Assembly (NCBI GenBank): GCA_038255685.1
Contig: JBBSLC010000002.1
Location: 1-44,843 of the forward strand
Length of the DNA: 44,843 bases
From: Acidimicrobiales bacterium
GTDB taxonomy: Bacteria > Actinomycetota > Acidimicrobiia > Acidimicrobiales > CADCSY01
Direction: 5' to 3'
Notes under the pieces: generated by a model
The model's database searches: none
Told to the model about the DNA's origin: nothing
Seen by the model: the letters and a program-made list of their open reading frames with translations, nothing else
Shown: in pieces, positions 16,531-26,529 of the stretch
Layout of the letters: every line of letters begins with the position of its first letter
How positions within the stretch are numbered: position 1 is the stretch's first letter
Translations under genes and position numbers: made by a program

Positions 16531-17853
16531 TCAGAGCGGGCCGAGGACCCGGTCGGTGTAGGTGTTGGCAAAGGTGCCCTCGGGGTCGAGGCGGCGGCGG
16601 ACGGCCTGCGCCTCGTCCCAGCGGGGGTAGAGCGGCGCGAGCGTCTCCGCCGTCTGGAAGTGCATCTTCCCCCAGTGGGGACGACCGCCGACCGAGCGCA
16701 TGATGTCTTCGACGGCGGAGAAGTACTGCACGTGCTCGCTCCCCCGGTACATGTGCACGGCCACGTAGCAGGTGTCGCGGCCGGAGGACGGGCTGAGCGG
16801 GATGTCGTCGGCGGCGACGAAGCGGACCTCGACGGGGAAGCTCACGTAGAGCCCGGTGCGGGCGACCATCGCCTTCACCTCACGGACCACGTGGGCGGCC
16901 GCCTCACGGGGCACGGCGTACTCCATCTCGTAGAACTTCACGTAGCGGGGGCTGGCGAAGACCCGGTCGCTGCGGTCGACGTACTCGGACCGCCCAGACG
17001 AGGGGATGGCCCGGGTGAGCCGGGGGATGGCTTTCGGGCGGATGCGGCCCAGGCGGCACGCTGCGCCGAAGGCGACGTTCGCCAGCAGCACGTCGTCGCG
17101 GAAGGCGTGCCACCGCGAGCGCGGCGCCCGGGGCAGCTCCGTGCGGTTGTTCGTCTTCGTGAGCGCCCAGCCGGTGTGCGGCACCCAGTAGAGCTCGAAG
17201 TGGTCGGCACCGTCGACGTGGTCGTCGAGCGCCTCGAGCACGGCGTCGAGCCGGAGCGCCTCCTCGACGACGTGGAGGTCGAAGGCGGGCACGGTCTGCA
17301 AGGTGACCGTGGAGATGAGGCCCAGGGCGCCCACGCCCACACGGGCGGCGGCGAACACCTCGGGCTCGTCGTCGGCCGAGCACTCGATGATCGACCCGTC
17401 CCCGGTGACGAGGCGCATCCCCCGGATCTGGGTGGCGAGGTTGCCGAGCGTGGCCCCCGTGCCGTGGGTGGCGGTGCTGATGGCGCCGGCGACGGTCTGG
17501 TAGGCGATGTCACCCAGGTTCGGCAGGGCGAGTCCGGCGGTGGCCAGGCTGGCGTTGAGAGCGGAGAGGGTCATGCCCGCCTGCACGGTGACGAGCCCGG
17601 AGGCCCGATCGATGCGCACGACCCGTCCGTAGCGGGTCGGTCGCACGAGGTGGCCGTCGGTGAGCGCGGTGCCGGTGAAGCTGTGGCCCGACCCGGTCAT
17701 CTTCACCCGCTCGCCAGCGGCGGCCGCCTCCTTCACGAGCGCCGCGAGCTCGTCCTCAGACGCCGGCTCGTGCACGTGGGCGGGTGCGCACGCCTGGTTC
17801 CCGGCCCAGTTCTGCCACCGTTCGCCGGCCACTGATCGCTTGGGGCTCGCCAT
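16531..17853 (-). CDS. FAD-linked oxidoreductase, D-arabinono-1,4-lactone / L-gulonolactone oxidase family
   Basis: N-terminal NWAGNQ...GSGHSFT FAD-binding PCMH motif and an ALO-type C-terminal domain (HWGK). Confidence 0.8.
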   Translation of the reverse strand: MASPKRSVAGERWQNWAGNQACAPAHVHEPASEDELAALVKEAAAAGERVKMTGSGHSFTGTALTDGHLVRPTRYGRVVRIDRASGLVTVQAGMTLSALNASLATAGLALPNLGDIAYQTVAGAISTATHGTGATLGNLATQIRGMRLVTGDGSIIECSADDEPEVFAAARVGVGALGLISTVTLQTVPAFDLHVVEEALRLDAVLEALDDHVDGADHFELYWVPHTGWALTKTNNRTELPRAPRSRWHAFRDDVLLANVAFGAACRLGRIRPKAIPRLTRAIPSSGRSEYVDRSDRVFASPRYVKFYEMEYAVPREAAAHVVREVKAMVARTGLYVSFPVEVRFVAADDIPLSPSSGRDTCYVAVHMYRGSEHVQYFSAVEDIMRSVGGRPHWGKMHFQTAETLAPLYPRWDEAQAVRRRLDPEGTFANTYTDRVLGPL

Positions 17854-17891
17854 GCCCGCAGGTTAGGGCCGGGAGGGGCACTCGGGACGAC

Positions 17892-17921
17892 GACGACCCC
17901 CGGCCGGAGCCGGGGGTCGTC
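17892..17921 (-). terminator. Perfect 13-bp GC-rich hairpin downstream of etfA
   Basis: GACGACCCCCGGC-CGGA-GCCGGGGGTCGTC, 34 nt after the etfA stop, in the gap before the next gene start. Confidence 0.55.
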
Positions 17922-17954
17922 TCGACGAGCGGGACGGGGTGAGCCGTCCGGGGA

Positions 17955-18908
17955 TCAGCGGGCCTGGAGGGCCTCGATGAGCTTGGGCATCACCTTGTGC
18001 ACGTCGCCGATGATGCCGAGGTCGGCGATGCCGAAGATCGGGGCCTCGGGGTCCTTGTTGATGGCGATGATCGTCTTGGAGCCCTTCATGCCCACCATGT
18101 GCTGGGTGGCGCCGGAGATGCCGACGGCGATGTAGACGTTGGGCTTGACGACCTTGCCGGTCTGGCCGACCTGGTAGCTGTAGGGCACCCAGCCAGCGTC
18201 GACGATGGCACGGCTCGCGCCGGGCGCGCCCTTCAACAGCTTGGCGAGCGTCTCGACCAGCTCGAACTTCTCGGCCTCGCCGAGGCCGCGGCCGCCGGAC
18301 ACGACGAGGGAGGCCTCGTCGAGGATCGGACCCGAGTGCTCCTCCACGTGGCGCTCGTGCACCGTGACCTTGCCCTGCTCCGTCGGCTCGGCGGCGACCA
18401 CCTCAGCGGTCGTCTCACCCCCGGGCTCGGCGGCGAAGGACTTCGGGCGGAAGCTCGCCAGGTGCGGCGTCTCGCAGCGGAACGCAGTCGTGAGGTTGGT
18501 CGCGCCACCGAAGATCGACGTGGTCACCCGGACCTCGTCACCCTCGACGGCGATGTCGTTGTTGTTCGTCAGCACGGGGCGGTCGAGCGCGACCGACAGG
18601 CGTGCGAGCACGTCGCGACCGTCGTAGGTGGAGCCGAACATGATGAGGTCGGGGGCGTTGCCGCCCTCGATCTGCGCGACCATCGCCGAGGCGACCGGGA
18701 TGCCCTGGAGGCCCTCGGTGGCGACGGTGTAGACCTTGCTGACGCCGTACTTGCCGAGCTCGGCGGCGACGGCCTCGGCGTTGTCGCCTGCGTAGAACGC
18801 CTCGACCTTGTCGGCGAGGGCACGGGCCTTGGTGATGATCTCGAGGGTGATCGACGACGGCTTGTCGCCCCCCACCTCTGCGTGGACCCAGATCGTGTTG
18901 AGAGCCAT
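17955..18908 (-). CDS. etfA: Electron transfer flavoprotein alpha subunit
   Basis: C-terminal FAD motif [12 protein letters not shown]. It starts immediately after the etfB stop. Confidence 0.9.
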   Translation of the reverse strand: MALNTIWVHAEVGGDKPSSITLEIITKARALADKVEAFYAGDNAEAVAAELGKYGVSKVYTVATEGLQGIPVASAMVAQIEGGNAPDLIMFGSTYDGRDVLARLSVALDRPVLTNNNDIAVEGDEVRVTTSIFGGATNLTTAFRCETPHLASFRPKSFAAEPGGETTAEVVAAEPTEQGKVTVHERHVEEHSGPILDEASLVVSGGRGLGEAEKFELVETLAKLLKGAPGASRAIVDAGWVPYSYQVGQTGKVVKPNVYIAVGISGATQHMVGMKGSKTIIAINKDPEAPIFGIADLGIIGDVHKVMPKLIEALQAR

Positions 18909-19688
18909 CTAGAGCACCTTCTGGGACTCGAGGAACTGGACGATCTTGAGGTGCGACTCGCCGTCGTCCTCGATGATCTCGCCGGCCTGGCGCTCCTCGG
19001 CGGCGACCACCGAGACGATCTCCTGGCGGGCGCCTGCAGCGCCGACCTGGTCGGCAGCGAGGCCGAGGTCGGCGACGGTGATGGTGTCGACCGGCTTGGA
19101 CTTCGCCGCCATGATCCCCTTGAACGAGGGGTAGCGGGGCTCGACGACGCCAGCGGTCACCGAGATCAGAGCGGGGAGCGGGGCGGAGACCTCGTCGTAG
19201 CCGGCCTCGGTCTGGCGGTCGACCTTGGCCACGCCGTCGGCGATCACGATGCTCTTGGCGAAGGTGATCGACGGGAAGCCGAGGATGGCGGCGATCTGCT
19301 CGGGCACGGTGCCGGTGTAGCCGTCGCTCGACTCGGTGGCGGCGATCACGAGCTCGGGCTCGGCCCGCTTGATCGCTGCTGCGAGGACCTTGGCGGTGCC
19401 GAGGGCGTCGGAGCCGGCGAGGCTCGGGTCGCTCACGAGGATCGCCTTGGCCGCGCCCATCGCCAAGCCGGTGCGCAGACCCGACGTCTCGTCGTTGGGA
19501 GCCATCGAGACGAGGGTGACCTCACCGCCTCCGGCGTTGGTGACCAGCTGGAGCGCCATCTCCACGCCGTAGGCGTCGGAGTCGTCGAGGATGAGCTTGC
19601 CATCCCGCTTCAGGTAGTTGGTCGAGGGATCCAGGGCACCCGGTGACGCCGGGTCAGGGATCTGCTTCACGCAGACGACGACGTTCAT
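18909..19688 (-). CDS. etfB: Electron transfer flavoprotein beta subunit
   Basis: MNVVVCVKQIPD N-terminus, 259 aa. The longer 573-aa track ORF is an unlikely upstream extension that overlaps the opposite-strand kinase gene. Confidence 0.9.
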   Translation of the reverse strand: MNVVVCVKQIPDPASPGALDPSTNYLKRDGKLILDDSDAYGVEMALQLVTNAGGGEVTLVSMAPNDETSGLRTGLAMGAAKAILVSDPSLAGSDALGTAKVLAAAIKRAEPELVIAATESSDGYTGTVPEQIAAILGFPSITFAKSIVIADGVAKVDRQTEAGYDEVSAPLPALISVTAGVVEPRYPSFKGIMAAKSKPVDTITVADLGLAADQVGAAGARQEIVSVVAAEERQAGEIIEDDGESHLKIVQFLESQKVL

Positions 19689-19748
19689 CTCGCCATCCTC
19701 GCCCCCGGGGCGGGGCTTGCCAAATCCAGGCTGGTATCGTCCCTCGCC

Positions 19749-20663
19749 TTGCGGGTGCTGCTCCTCGTCAACGCATCGGCCTCGTCGGTCACGGCCCGAG
19801 GTCGGGTGGTCATCCAGAAGGCGCTCGCCGCCGACCACGACGTCACCCTCGCCGAGACCTCGAGGCGCGGCCACGCGACCCGACTCGCCCAGGGAGCGGC
19901 GAACGTGGGCGTCGAGGTGGTCGTGGTCCTCGGTGGCGACGGCACCTTGAACGAGGCCGCCAACGGTCTCGCCGGCACCGAGACGGCCCTCGCCGTGCTG
20001 CCCGGCGGTTCGACCAACGTCTTCGCCCGCACGATGGGCCTCCCCAACGACCCCATCGAGGCGACCGCCGAGCTCCTCGAGGCGCTCGGGCGCGGCGCCA
20101 TCGAGCAGGTCGGTCTCGGCTCGGTGAACGGCCGCTACTTCCTCTTCCACGTCGGCCTCGGCTTCGACGCCGAGGTGGTGCGCCAGGTCGAGCGCCGCTC
20201 GGCCCTGAAGCGCTACGCCGGCCACCCGCTGTTCGTCTACGCCGGCTTCACGACGTGGTTCCGCCACTACGACCGCAGCCGGCCCCGCTTCAGCGTCCAC
20301 CACGACGACGGCTCGGTGGTCGAGGACGGCTGCTTCGCGCTCGTGCTCAACACGAACCCGTACACCTACCTGGGGAACCGCCCGCTCAACGTCGCCCCCG
20401 AGGCGACCCTCGAGCGTGGTCTCGCCAACCTGACCCTGCGCACGCTCTCGTTCCCTGCGTTCTCGTCGGTGATCGCCTCGGTGCTCGGCAGCGGCACCGT
20501 CGCCCGCAGCCACCGCAAGGTGGACTACCGGACCGACCTCGGCGGCCTCCGCGTCGTCGGCCACGGACCGTTCCCCTACCAGGTCGACGGCGACTTCCTC
20601 GGTGAGGTCACCGAGCTGACCTTCCGCCACGAGCCCGGCGTCTTGCGCCTCGTGAGGCCGTAG
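19749..20663 (+). CDS. Diacylglycerol/lipid kinase family protein (YegS/BmrU type)
   Basis: GGDGTLNEA catalytic-domain motif. Start is TTG at 19749 or GTG at 19755. Confidence 0.8.
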   Translation: MRVLLLVNASASSVTARGRVVIQKALAADHDVTLAETSRRGHATRLAQGAANVGVEVVVVLGGDGTLNEAANGLAGTETALAVLPGGSTNVFARTMGLPNDPIEATAELLEALGRGAIEQVGLGSVNGRYFLFHVGLGFDAEVVRQVERRSALKRYAGHPLFVYAGFTTWFRHYDRSRPRFSVHHDDGSVVEDGCFALVLNTNPYTYLGNRPLNVAPEATLERGLANLTLRTLSFPAFSSVIASVLGSGTVARSHRKVDYRTDLGGLRVVGHGPFPYQVDGDFLGEVTELTFRHEPGVLRLVRP

Positions 20664-20669
20664 GTCCGG

Positions 20670-21356
20670 TCAGCGGCCCAGGGCGCGGAGGGCGACGTCG
20701 GGGACGTTGGTGACGATGCCGTCCACGCCGAGCGCAGCGAGGTCACGGATGCGATCGGGTTCGTCGACCGTCCAGGTGTTCACGGCGAGGCCTGCGGCGT
20801 GGGCGAGGCCGACGAGGTGGGCCGTCACCGCCCCGTGGTGGGGGTGCACGGCGGCGTGGCCCCGGCGGCGGGCTCGGTCGACGAAGCGGCCAGCGAGGTC
20901 GGCGTCGAGGCCGAACATGGCGAGCGTGCCGGTGGGGATCGACGGGTCGATCTCGCGCACCCGATCGACGTCGGCGATGTTGAACGACGACACGATGACC
21001 CGATCCCCCATCGGGGCGACGATCGCCGCCACCGCCGTCGCCACCGCGAGCGTCGGATCGTGGTCCGGATCGCGCGGCCAGTTCTTCACCTCGACGTTCA
21101 CCACCAGGTCGGCGCATGCGCCGAGCGCCTCCTCGAGCGAGGGCACGTCGGACGGGAGGCCGGCGGCTGCCACCTCGCACAGGAGCCGCCCATCGGGCAG
21201 GTGAGCGTCGTGGTGCACCGCCAGCGAGCCGTCCGCCGTCCGGCGCACGTCGAGCTCGACGCCGTCGGCGCCCATCGCCGCAGCGCCGGCGAAGGCCGCC
21301 AGGGTGTTCTCCCGGAACGCCGCCGAGGCGCCACGGTGAGCGAAGACCGAGGTCAC
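20670..21356 (-). CDS. Glycerophosphodiester phosphodiesterase
   Basis: HRG...ENT...GADGVELDV...HHD motifs. Confidence 0.85.
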   Translation of the reverse strand: MTSVFAHRGASAAFRENTLAAFAGAAAMGADGVELDVRRTADGSLAVHHDAHLPDGRLLCEVAAAGLPSDVPSLEEALGACADLVVNVEVKNWPRDPDHDPTLAVATAVAAIVAPMGDRVIVSSFNIADVDRVREIDPSIPTGTLAMFGLDADLAGRFVDRARRRGHAAVHPHHGAVTAHLVGLAHAAGLAVNTWTVDEPDRIRDLAALGVDGIVTNVPDVALRALGR

Positions 21357-21477
21357 TGCGCTCCTCCAGATGTCCGAGAGATGAAGAAATCATGAAGAGA
21401 CCCTTGTCGCCCGCCCGGCAGGGAAGTACGGTCTTCAGGTCGAAAGACTTCGTGCGGGCGAGGTTTCCGTCCAGCAT

Positions 21478-21493
21478 TGTGAACGAAGTCACA
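21478..21493. promoter_or_regulatory. CRP/FNR-type box TGTGA-N6-TCACA upstream of whiB1
   Basis: Perfect TGTGAacgaagTCACA, 22 nt before the first candidate start codon, inside the only AT-richer stretch of the region (21357-21514). Confidence 0.65.
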
Positions 21494-21514
21494 TTTCCCT
21501 CGAAAGGCGCCACC

Positions 21515-21820
21515 GTGGCACTCGCCCTGACCTCTGACGTGTCCGATCACGCCGCCGAGTGGCGAGACCGCGCCGCCTGCCGCAGCACCGACCCCGACCT
21601 GTTCTTCCCGGTCGGCACCACCGGCCCGGCCATCTCCCAGATCGAGGCGGCCAAGGCCGTCTGCCGCACCTGTCCTTCGCTGGAGCCGTGCCTCGAGTTC
21701 GCCCTCTCCACGAACCAGGACTCCGGTGTGTGGGGCGCCACCTCCGAGGAGGAGCGTCGCAAGCTGCGCCGCCAGTGGCTGGCCCGTCGACGCCAGGCCG
21801 TCGCCGCCGCCACGGCCTAG
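21515..21820 (+). CDS. whiB1: WhiB-family Fe-S transcription factor (WhiB1-like)
   Basis: Four Cys (C-x29-C-x2-C-x5-C), a GVWG turn and a basic tail. It is convergent with a pdtaS ortholog, as in mycobacteria. Start is GTG at 21515 (AAAGG upstream) or GTG at 21539. Confidence 0.85.
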   Translation: MALALTSDVSDHAAEWRDRAACRSTDPDLFFPVGTTGPAISQIEAAKAVCRTCPSLEPCLEFALSTNQDSGVWGATSEEERRKLRRQWLARRRQAVAAATA

Positions 21821-21846
21821 CCGCCTGCCGCTGGACCGGGGCGCGC

Positions 21847-23346
21847 TCACGCCCGGGCGCCGATCAGCGGCACCCTGATCTCGATCTCGGTGCCCGGCCC
21901 CCCGAACGCCGGCGCGTCGCCGTCGGGTCGGCTCCGCATCTCGATCGAGCCCTCGATCTGCGACGTCACGAGGCTGCGGACGATCGACAGCCCGAGCCCC
22001 TTCGAGGCCGACACCGAGAACCCGTCGGGAAGGCCGACGCCGTCGTCGACGACGCGCACGACGAGTGCGCCGCCGTCGTTCGACAGGTGGACCTCGACGT
22101 GGCCGTCCTCCATCCCCCTCGGCTCGGGGAAGGCGTGGTCGACGGTGTTCTGGAGCAGCTCGTTGAGCACGACCGCGAGCGGCGTGGCGATCCGGGCGGG
22201 GAGCTTGCCGGCGTCGCCGCTGACGGTGATGGCGATGCGGTGCTCGGGCGAGAGGAGGCCCTCCTCGACCATCCGCACGAGTGGCCGGACGATCTCGCTG
22301 AACGGGACGTCGTCGCCGACCTCTCGCGAGAGCGTCTCGTGCACGAGCGCGATGGCGCGGATGCGCCGGACTGACTCCTCGATCGCCGTCTTGGCCTCAG
22401 GCGACTCCAGCCGGCGACCTTGCAGTCGCAGCAGGGACGAGATCGTCTGGAGGTTGTTCTTCACCCGATGGTGGATCTCCCGGATCGTGGCGTCCATGGA
22501 GATGAGGAGCCGGTCTCGCCGCCGGAGCTCGGAGATGTCCCGCAGCAGCACGAGGGCACCGGTGACCTCACCGCTCACCAGGAGCGGGAGGCAGCGCACG
22601 AGGACGGTGACCTCTGGTCCCCGCTCGATCTCCTCGGTGACCGGTGCGCCGATGGCGAAGCTGGTCCGGACGGCGACCTCCTCGAGGCCGAGCTCGCTCA
22701 GCTTCATCCCCTCGGCGTTGGCGTGGACGCCGATGCGGTGGAGCGCCGAGACGGCGTTCGGCGAGGCGTACTCGACCCGGCCGTCGGCGTCGAGCACGAC
22801 GGCACCGTCGCCCACCCGCGGCGCCTCCTCCGATTCGGCGTCCTCGGTGGCGAAGGGGAACTCGCCGGTCCGCAACATCTCTGCGAACCGGTGGAACACC
22901 TCCACGTACATCGCTTCGAGCTCACCCGGCCGGCGCCCGATCGTCGGGACGGACTCCCGGGAGAGCACGGCGATGACCTCGTCGCCGAGGCAGACGGGGA
23001 CGCACAGCATCGAGACGCGCTCGTGCAGGGCGGACAGGTTGATCTCGCCCTCGACGATCTCGCCGGTGCGCAGCGCTCGTCCCACGAGCGGGCGGTCGGC
23101 GTCGTCGATGAGCGTCCCGACGTAGTCGCTGCGGTACAGCGTCTGGTTCGTCGTCGGCCGGACCTGGCCGGCCACCACGTACCGCCGCGCGTCGCCCGGA
23201 TCGGTGCGGGTGGGCACGAGGAGCAGGAGGTCGGCGAAGCAGAGGTCGGCGAGCGGGCCCCACGACGCGACGAGGCGCTGGAGGTGGCCGAGCCGCTGCT
23301 CGTCGAGGTCGGCGTGCTGGCGGACCAGCTCGGCGAGCGTCGCCAT
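21847..23346 (-). CDS. pdtaS: Soluble GAF-PAS sensor histidine kinase PdtaS
   Basis: HisKA_2 motif HHRVKNNLQTISSLLRLQ and a HATPase C-terminus. No TM segments, 499 aa, and a PdtaS-like N-terminus (LADLCFADLLLLV). Confidence 0.8.
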   Translation of the reverse strand: MATLAELVRQHADLDEQRLGHLQRLVASWGPLADLCFADLLLLVPTRTDPGDARRYVVAGQVRPTTNQTLYRSDYVGTLIDDADRPLVGRALRTGEIVEGEINLSALHERVSMLCVPVCLGDEVIAVLSRESVPTIGRRPGELEAMYVEVFHRFAEMLRTGEFPFATEDAESEEAPRVGDGAVVLDADGRVEYASPNAVSALHRIGVHANAEGMKLSELGLEEVAVRTSFAIGAPVTEEIERGPEVTVLVRCLPLLVSGEVTGALVLLRDISELRRRDRLLISMDATIREIHHRVKNNLQTISSLLRLQGRRLESPEAKTAIEESVRRIRAIALVHETLSREVGDDVPFSEIVRPLVRMVEEGLLSPEHRIAITVSGDAGKLPARIATPLAVVLNELLQNTVDHAFPEPRGMEDGHVEVHLSNDGGALVVRVVDDGVGLPDGFSVSASKGLGLSIVRSLVTSQIEGSIEMRSRPDGDAPAFGGPGTEIEIRVPLIGARA

Positions 23347-24233
23347 CAGGCCGGGGTCGGGGCGACCGCGATGGCGACCGGGCGGCGCTCGCGCCCTCGG
23401 TAGGCGGCGAGCTCGTCGTAGCCGGCGTCAGCGAGGAGCCGGGCGACGTCACCGCGGCGCTCCCCGACCCTGTCGCACCGGTGGGCATCGGTGGCGGTCG
23501 TCACCGGGACGCCGGCAGCGTGGAACCTGGCCAGCAGATCGGGAGCGGGGTACGCCTCGGCCGCCGGCTTCCGCCAGCCGTTGCTGTTGATCTCCGCCGA
23601 CATGCCGCTGCGCGCCGCAGCCTCGGCCATGCGGGCGTACCACTCGTCGGGGACCGCTGGCCTGCGCCCGGCGACCTTGCAGAGGTCGGGGTGGGCCAGC
23701 ACGTCGCACACCCCGGAGTCGGCCAGCTCGTCGAGGCAGTCGGCGTAGGCGTCCCACACGTCCTCGACGGCCCGGGCGTCCCACTCGGCCATGACGGCGT
23801 CGTCGCCGACGTTGTCGAAGCCCCACGCCCCGATCCAGTGCACCGACCCGAGCAAGACGTCGAAGGGGTAGCCCTCGAGCAGCTCGGCGACCTCGTGCAT
23901 GCGTCCGCGGTGGAAGTCGACCTCGAGGCCGAGCACGACGGGAAGGCCGGCGTCCTTGGCCGCCAGCACCACCTCGACGTAGTGGTCGAGGTCGGCACCG
24001 ACCTCGCTGTCCCAGAAGGTCGCCATCGCGTCGCGCACCGGGCTCGGCGGCTCCACCTCCCACCAACCGCCGAACACGGCGTCGGCCTGTCGGAACCGGT
24101 GCAGGTGCTCGGTCAGGGCGATCTCGACGACGCCTTGCGCCCGGGCCGCATCGCAGTACGCAGCGACCTGCTCGAGGGTGGCGTCGAGCGGTCGGGGCCC
24201 GTGCTCCCAGAGGTGCAGGTGGTAGTCGAGCAC
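23346..24233 (-). CDS. PHP-domain phosphoesterase (histidinol-phosphatase HisJ/HisK family)
   Basis: YHLHLW, TEHLH, GSVHW, AHPD and TATDAH metal-ligand motifs. Its stop shares a base with the pdtaS ATG. Confidence 0.75.
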   Translation of the reverse strand: MLDYHLHLWEHGPRPLDATLEQVAAYCDAARAQGVVEIALTEHLHRFRQADAVFGGWWEVEPPSPVRDAMATFWDSEVGADLDHYVEVVLAAKDAGLPVVLGLEVDFHRGRMHEVAELLEGYPFDVLLGSVHWIGAWGFDNVGDDAVMAEWDARAVEDVWDAYADCLDELADSGVCDVLAHPDLCKVAGRRPAVPDEWYARMAEAAARSGMSAEINSNGWRKPAAEAYPAPDLLARFHAAGVPVTTATDAHRCDRVGERRGDVARLLADAGYDELAAYRGRERRPVAIAVAPTPA

Positions 24234-24294
24234 CCGGTCAACCTACCGGCGTGCTGCCACGACCTCGTTCGCTCCCCTCACCAGGTGAGCGCGG

Positions 24295-25479
24295 TCAACC
24301 GTCCCCTTGCCAGTCGAGGCAGAGGAGGGTCGCGTCGTCGAGGAGCTCGGCACCACGGTGCACGCAGACGGCCCTGATGATGCGCCGCACGAGCTCGTGC
24401 GGCCGGGCGCCGCGGTGCGCCGCGACCAGCTCGCCGAAGCGCGCGTACCCCAGGGTGTCGTCACGGTTGGGCCCCGCCTCGACGATGCCGTCGGTGAGCA
24501 GCACGAGGCGGTCGCCACGTTCGAGCTGCACCGGCTGGTGGCGGTACCTGGTGTCCGCGAAGAGGCCGAGGGGTCGGTCCGGGTCGAAGACCAGCGGTCC
24601 CGCTGCCGAGGCGCCCTGCAGCCACGGTGGCGGGTGGCCTGCGTTCACCGCCGTGCCCCGCCCGGTCGCCAGGTCGATCTCGATCACGAGTGCGGTCACG
24701 TAGGCGTCGTCCCGGAACTGCTCGCACAGGACCTGGTTCGCCACCTGCACCTGCTCGACGATGCTCTCGCCGGCGCGGCGGGCGTTGCGCATGGCGGTGA
24801 CGACGAGCGTGGCGCACAGTGCCGAGCGAAGACCGTGACCCATCGCATCGGAGATGGAGAGGGTCAGCTGGTCCCCGTCGACGGCGTAGTCGAACGTGTC
24901 GCCGCCGACGTCGTAGGCGGGCTCGAGCGAGCCGGCGAGGCTGAACGTGGACGATGCATAGCCGAGGACCGGCAGGAGCTCCCACTGCATCTCGGCGGCG
25001 AGCGCCAGGTTGCGCCGTCGGCGGACCCGCTCGAAGACGTCGGTGTAGCGCTGGGCGGCAGCGACGACGTACCCGAGCGCGCTGGCGACCTCTCGGGAGA
25101 TCTCCTTGGCCCGCTCGGCTGGCTCTGCGGCGACGTCGACCTCCAAGACGCCGAAGCGCTCCGAGCGGACCGTGACCGGGGCGAGGATGCTCCACCGGTC
25201 CCCGTCGTGCTCGACGAGGACCTCCTGGCGCTGGTAGCACGCACCGTGCGCCGTCGATTCCACCGGCAGCGACGAACGGTCATCCCGGTCGACGTCCCTC
25301 GTCCGCTCTGGCTCGAAGCGCTCGAGGGTCGCCTCGGCGTAGTCGGCGAGAAGCAGCACGACGTCGCTCGCGCCGATCGTCTCCTGCAGCGCCCGGCGGA
25401 CGACGGGGAGGATCTCCTCGGGCGGCACGTCATCGAGCGCCCGGAAGAGCTGTTCGACGGGGTTCGGCTGGGGGAGCAC
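24295..25479 (-). CDS. PP2C/SpoIIE-family serine phosphatase with N-terminal GAF-like domain
   Basis: DVGGDTFD, DAMGHG and LLTDGIVEA motifs. I chose the start at GTG 25479, preceded by GAGGGAGGA. The 683-aa track ORF extension overlaps the desaturase gene. Confidence 0.8.
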   Translation of the reverse strand: MLPQPNPVEQLFRALDDVPPEEILPVVRRALQETIGASDVVLLLADYAEATLERFEPERTRDVDRDDRSSLPVESTAHGACYQRQEVLVEHDGDRWSILAPVTVRSERFGVLEVDVAAEPAERAKEISREVASALGYVVAAAQRYTDVFERVRRRRNLALAAEMQWELLPVLGYASSTFSLAGSLEPAYDVGGDTFDYAVDGDQLTLSISDAMGHGLRSALCATLVVTAMRNARRAGESIVEQVQVANQVLCEQFRDDAYVTALVIEIDLATGRGTAVNAGHPPPWLQGASAAGPLVFDPDRPLGLFADTRYRHQPVQLERGDRLVLLTDGIVEAGPNRDDTLGYARFGELVAAHRGARPHELVRRIIRAVCVHRGAELLDDATLLCLDWQGDG

Positions 25480-25544
25480 GTTGCCATCCTCCCTCACCTG
25501 GTCGGCATCGACCGCAACCCCTCGGTGCGCCGGTGTGCGTGGCG

Positions 25545-26528
25545 TCAGGCCCCGCCGCTCCGCAAGGCCCGCCAGAGGGCGTGGTAGCTGGGCCAGGTGA
25601 TGGCGTCGGTGACCCACCCGGCCACGTCGAGCTCCCGCTGGAGGGCCGGGAGGTTGCGCCACGGGACGCCCATGTCGACGTGGTGCGCGAGGTGCCAGCC
25701 GATGTTGCACGGCACCAGCCAGAACCGGGCGAGCCAGGTCTGGCGGACGTGGTGGGTGGTGCGACGACGGTCCTTCGACCGCGTCATCCCGCCGTGCTCT
25801 GCGATCGCCCGGAGCCGGTTGATCACCCGCCACACCGTCATCCACGGCGCCAGCCACAGGAGGGGCCACAGCCACCAGCGGCCGACGAGCACCGCCACCG
25901 CCACGAGCGGCAGCTGGGCGACCGTGATGCGCAGCACCACGGGGCGGGCGGCGGGGATGGTGAAGCCCCGCACGAGGCTCTTGAGGTTCTTCCAGCCGCT
26001 CGGACCGAGCGCGTCCCGTCGCATCTTCCGCCAGAACGACGCCGGCACGATCGGGTAGCCGTCGTAGAGGTTGCGATCGGGCTCGTTGGGCCCGAACTCG
26101 TCCTTGTGGTGGGCGAAGTGCGCGCGCCGGTACCCGTCGAAGGCGAAGAACGACGGGTAGGCGAGCACCCACCGACCGACGACGTCGTTCCACCGCTTGT
26201 CGGTGAACAGCAGCTTGTGGGCCGCTTCGTGGCCGAGGCTGGCGAAGCGGGCGTGGACCGGACCCATGAGGACGAAGGCGACGGCGTACGCCAGCGGGTG
26301 GTCGAGCCACACCGCCGACCACACGGTGGCGATGGCCTGACCCCACGTGAGGGCCACGCTGCCGACGTTGCGGAACGAGGCGATGCGCCGGAGCTCGGCT
26401 CGCACCTCGGGGACGGGCATGCCCGTCGCCGCCAGCCGCTCGGTCGGCAGCACCTCGGGGAGCTGCTCGGTCTCGGGCACCATCGTCGTGCGCGCGATCG
26501 TGGCGTCGACGGCGACCATATCGCCCAT
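25545..26528 (-). CDS. Membrane fatty-acid desaturase family protein
   Basis: His boxes HEAAHK, HFAHHK and HLAHH. Its ATG lies 1 nt after the upstream stop. Confidence 0.8.
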   Translation of the reverse strand: MGDMVAVDATIARTTMVPETEQLPEVLPTERLAATGMPVPEVRAELRRIASFRNVGSVALTWGQAIATVWSAVWLDHPLAYAVAFVLMGPVHARFASLGHEAAHKLLFTDKRWNDVVGRWVLAYPSFFAFDGYRRAHFAHHKDEFGPNEPDRNLYDGYPIVPASFWRKMRRDALGPSGWKNLKSLVRGFTIPAARPVVLRITVAQLPLVAVAVLVGRWWLWPLLWLAPWMTVWRVINRLRAIAEHGGMTRSKDRRRTTHHVRQTWLARFWLVPCNIGWHLAHHVDMGVPWRNLPALQRELDVAGWVTDAITWPSYHALWRALRSGGA

Positions 26529-26529
26529 C

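Noticed and set aside
25480-26346. N-terminal extension of the PP2C ORF to 683 aa. Similar extensions affect etfB (to 20630), thiolase (11424), the DLH gene (6457), the sigma factor (3128), Mrp (38384) and others.
   Set aside because: The extensions overlap neighbouring well-supported genes in another frame and translate to Arg/Pro-rich strings. Internal ATG/GTG starts with Shine-Dalgarno-like sequences give family-typical N-termini.
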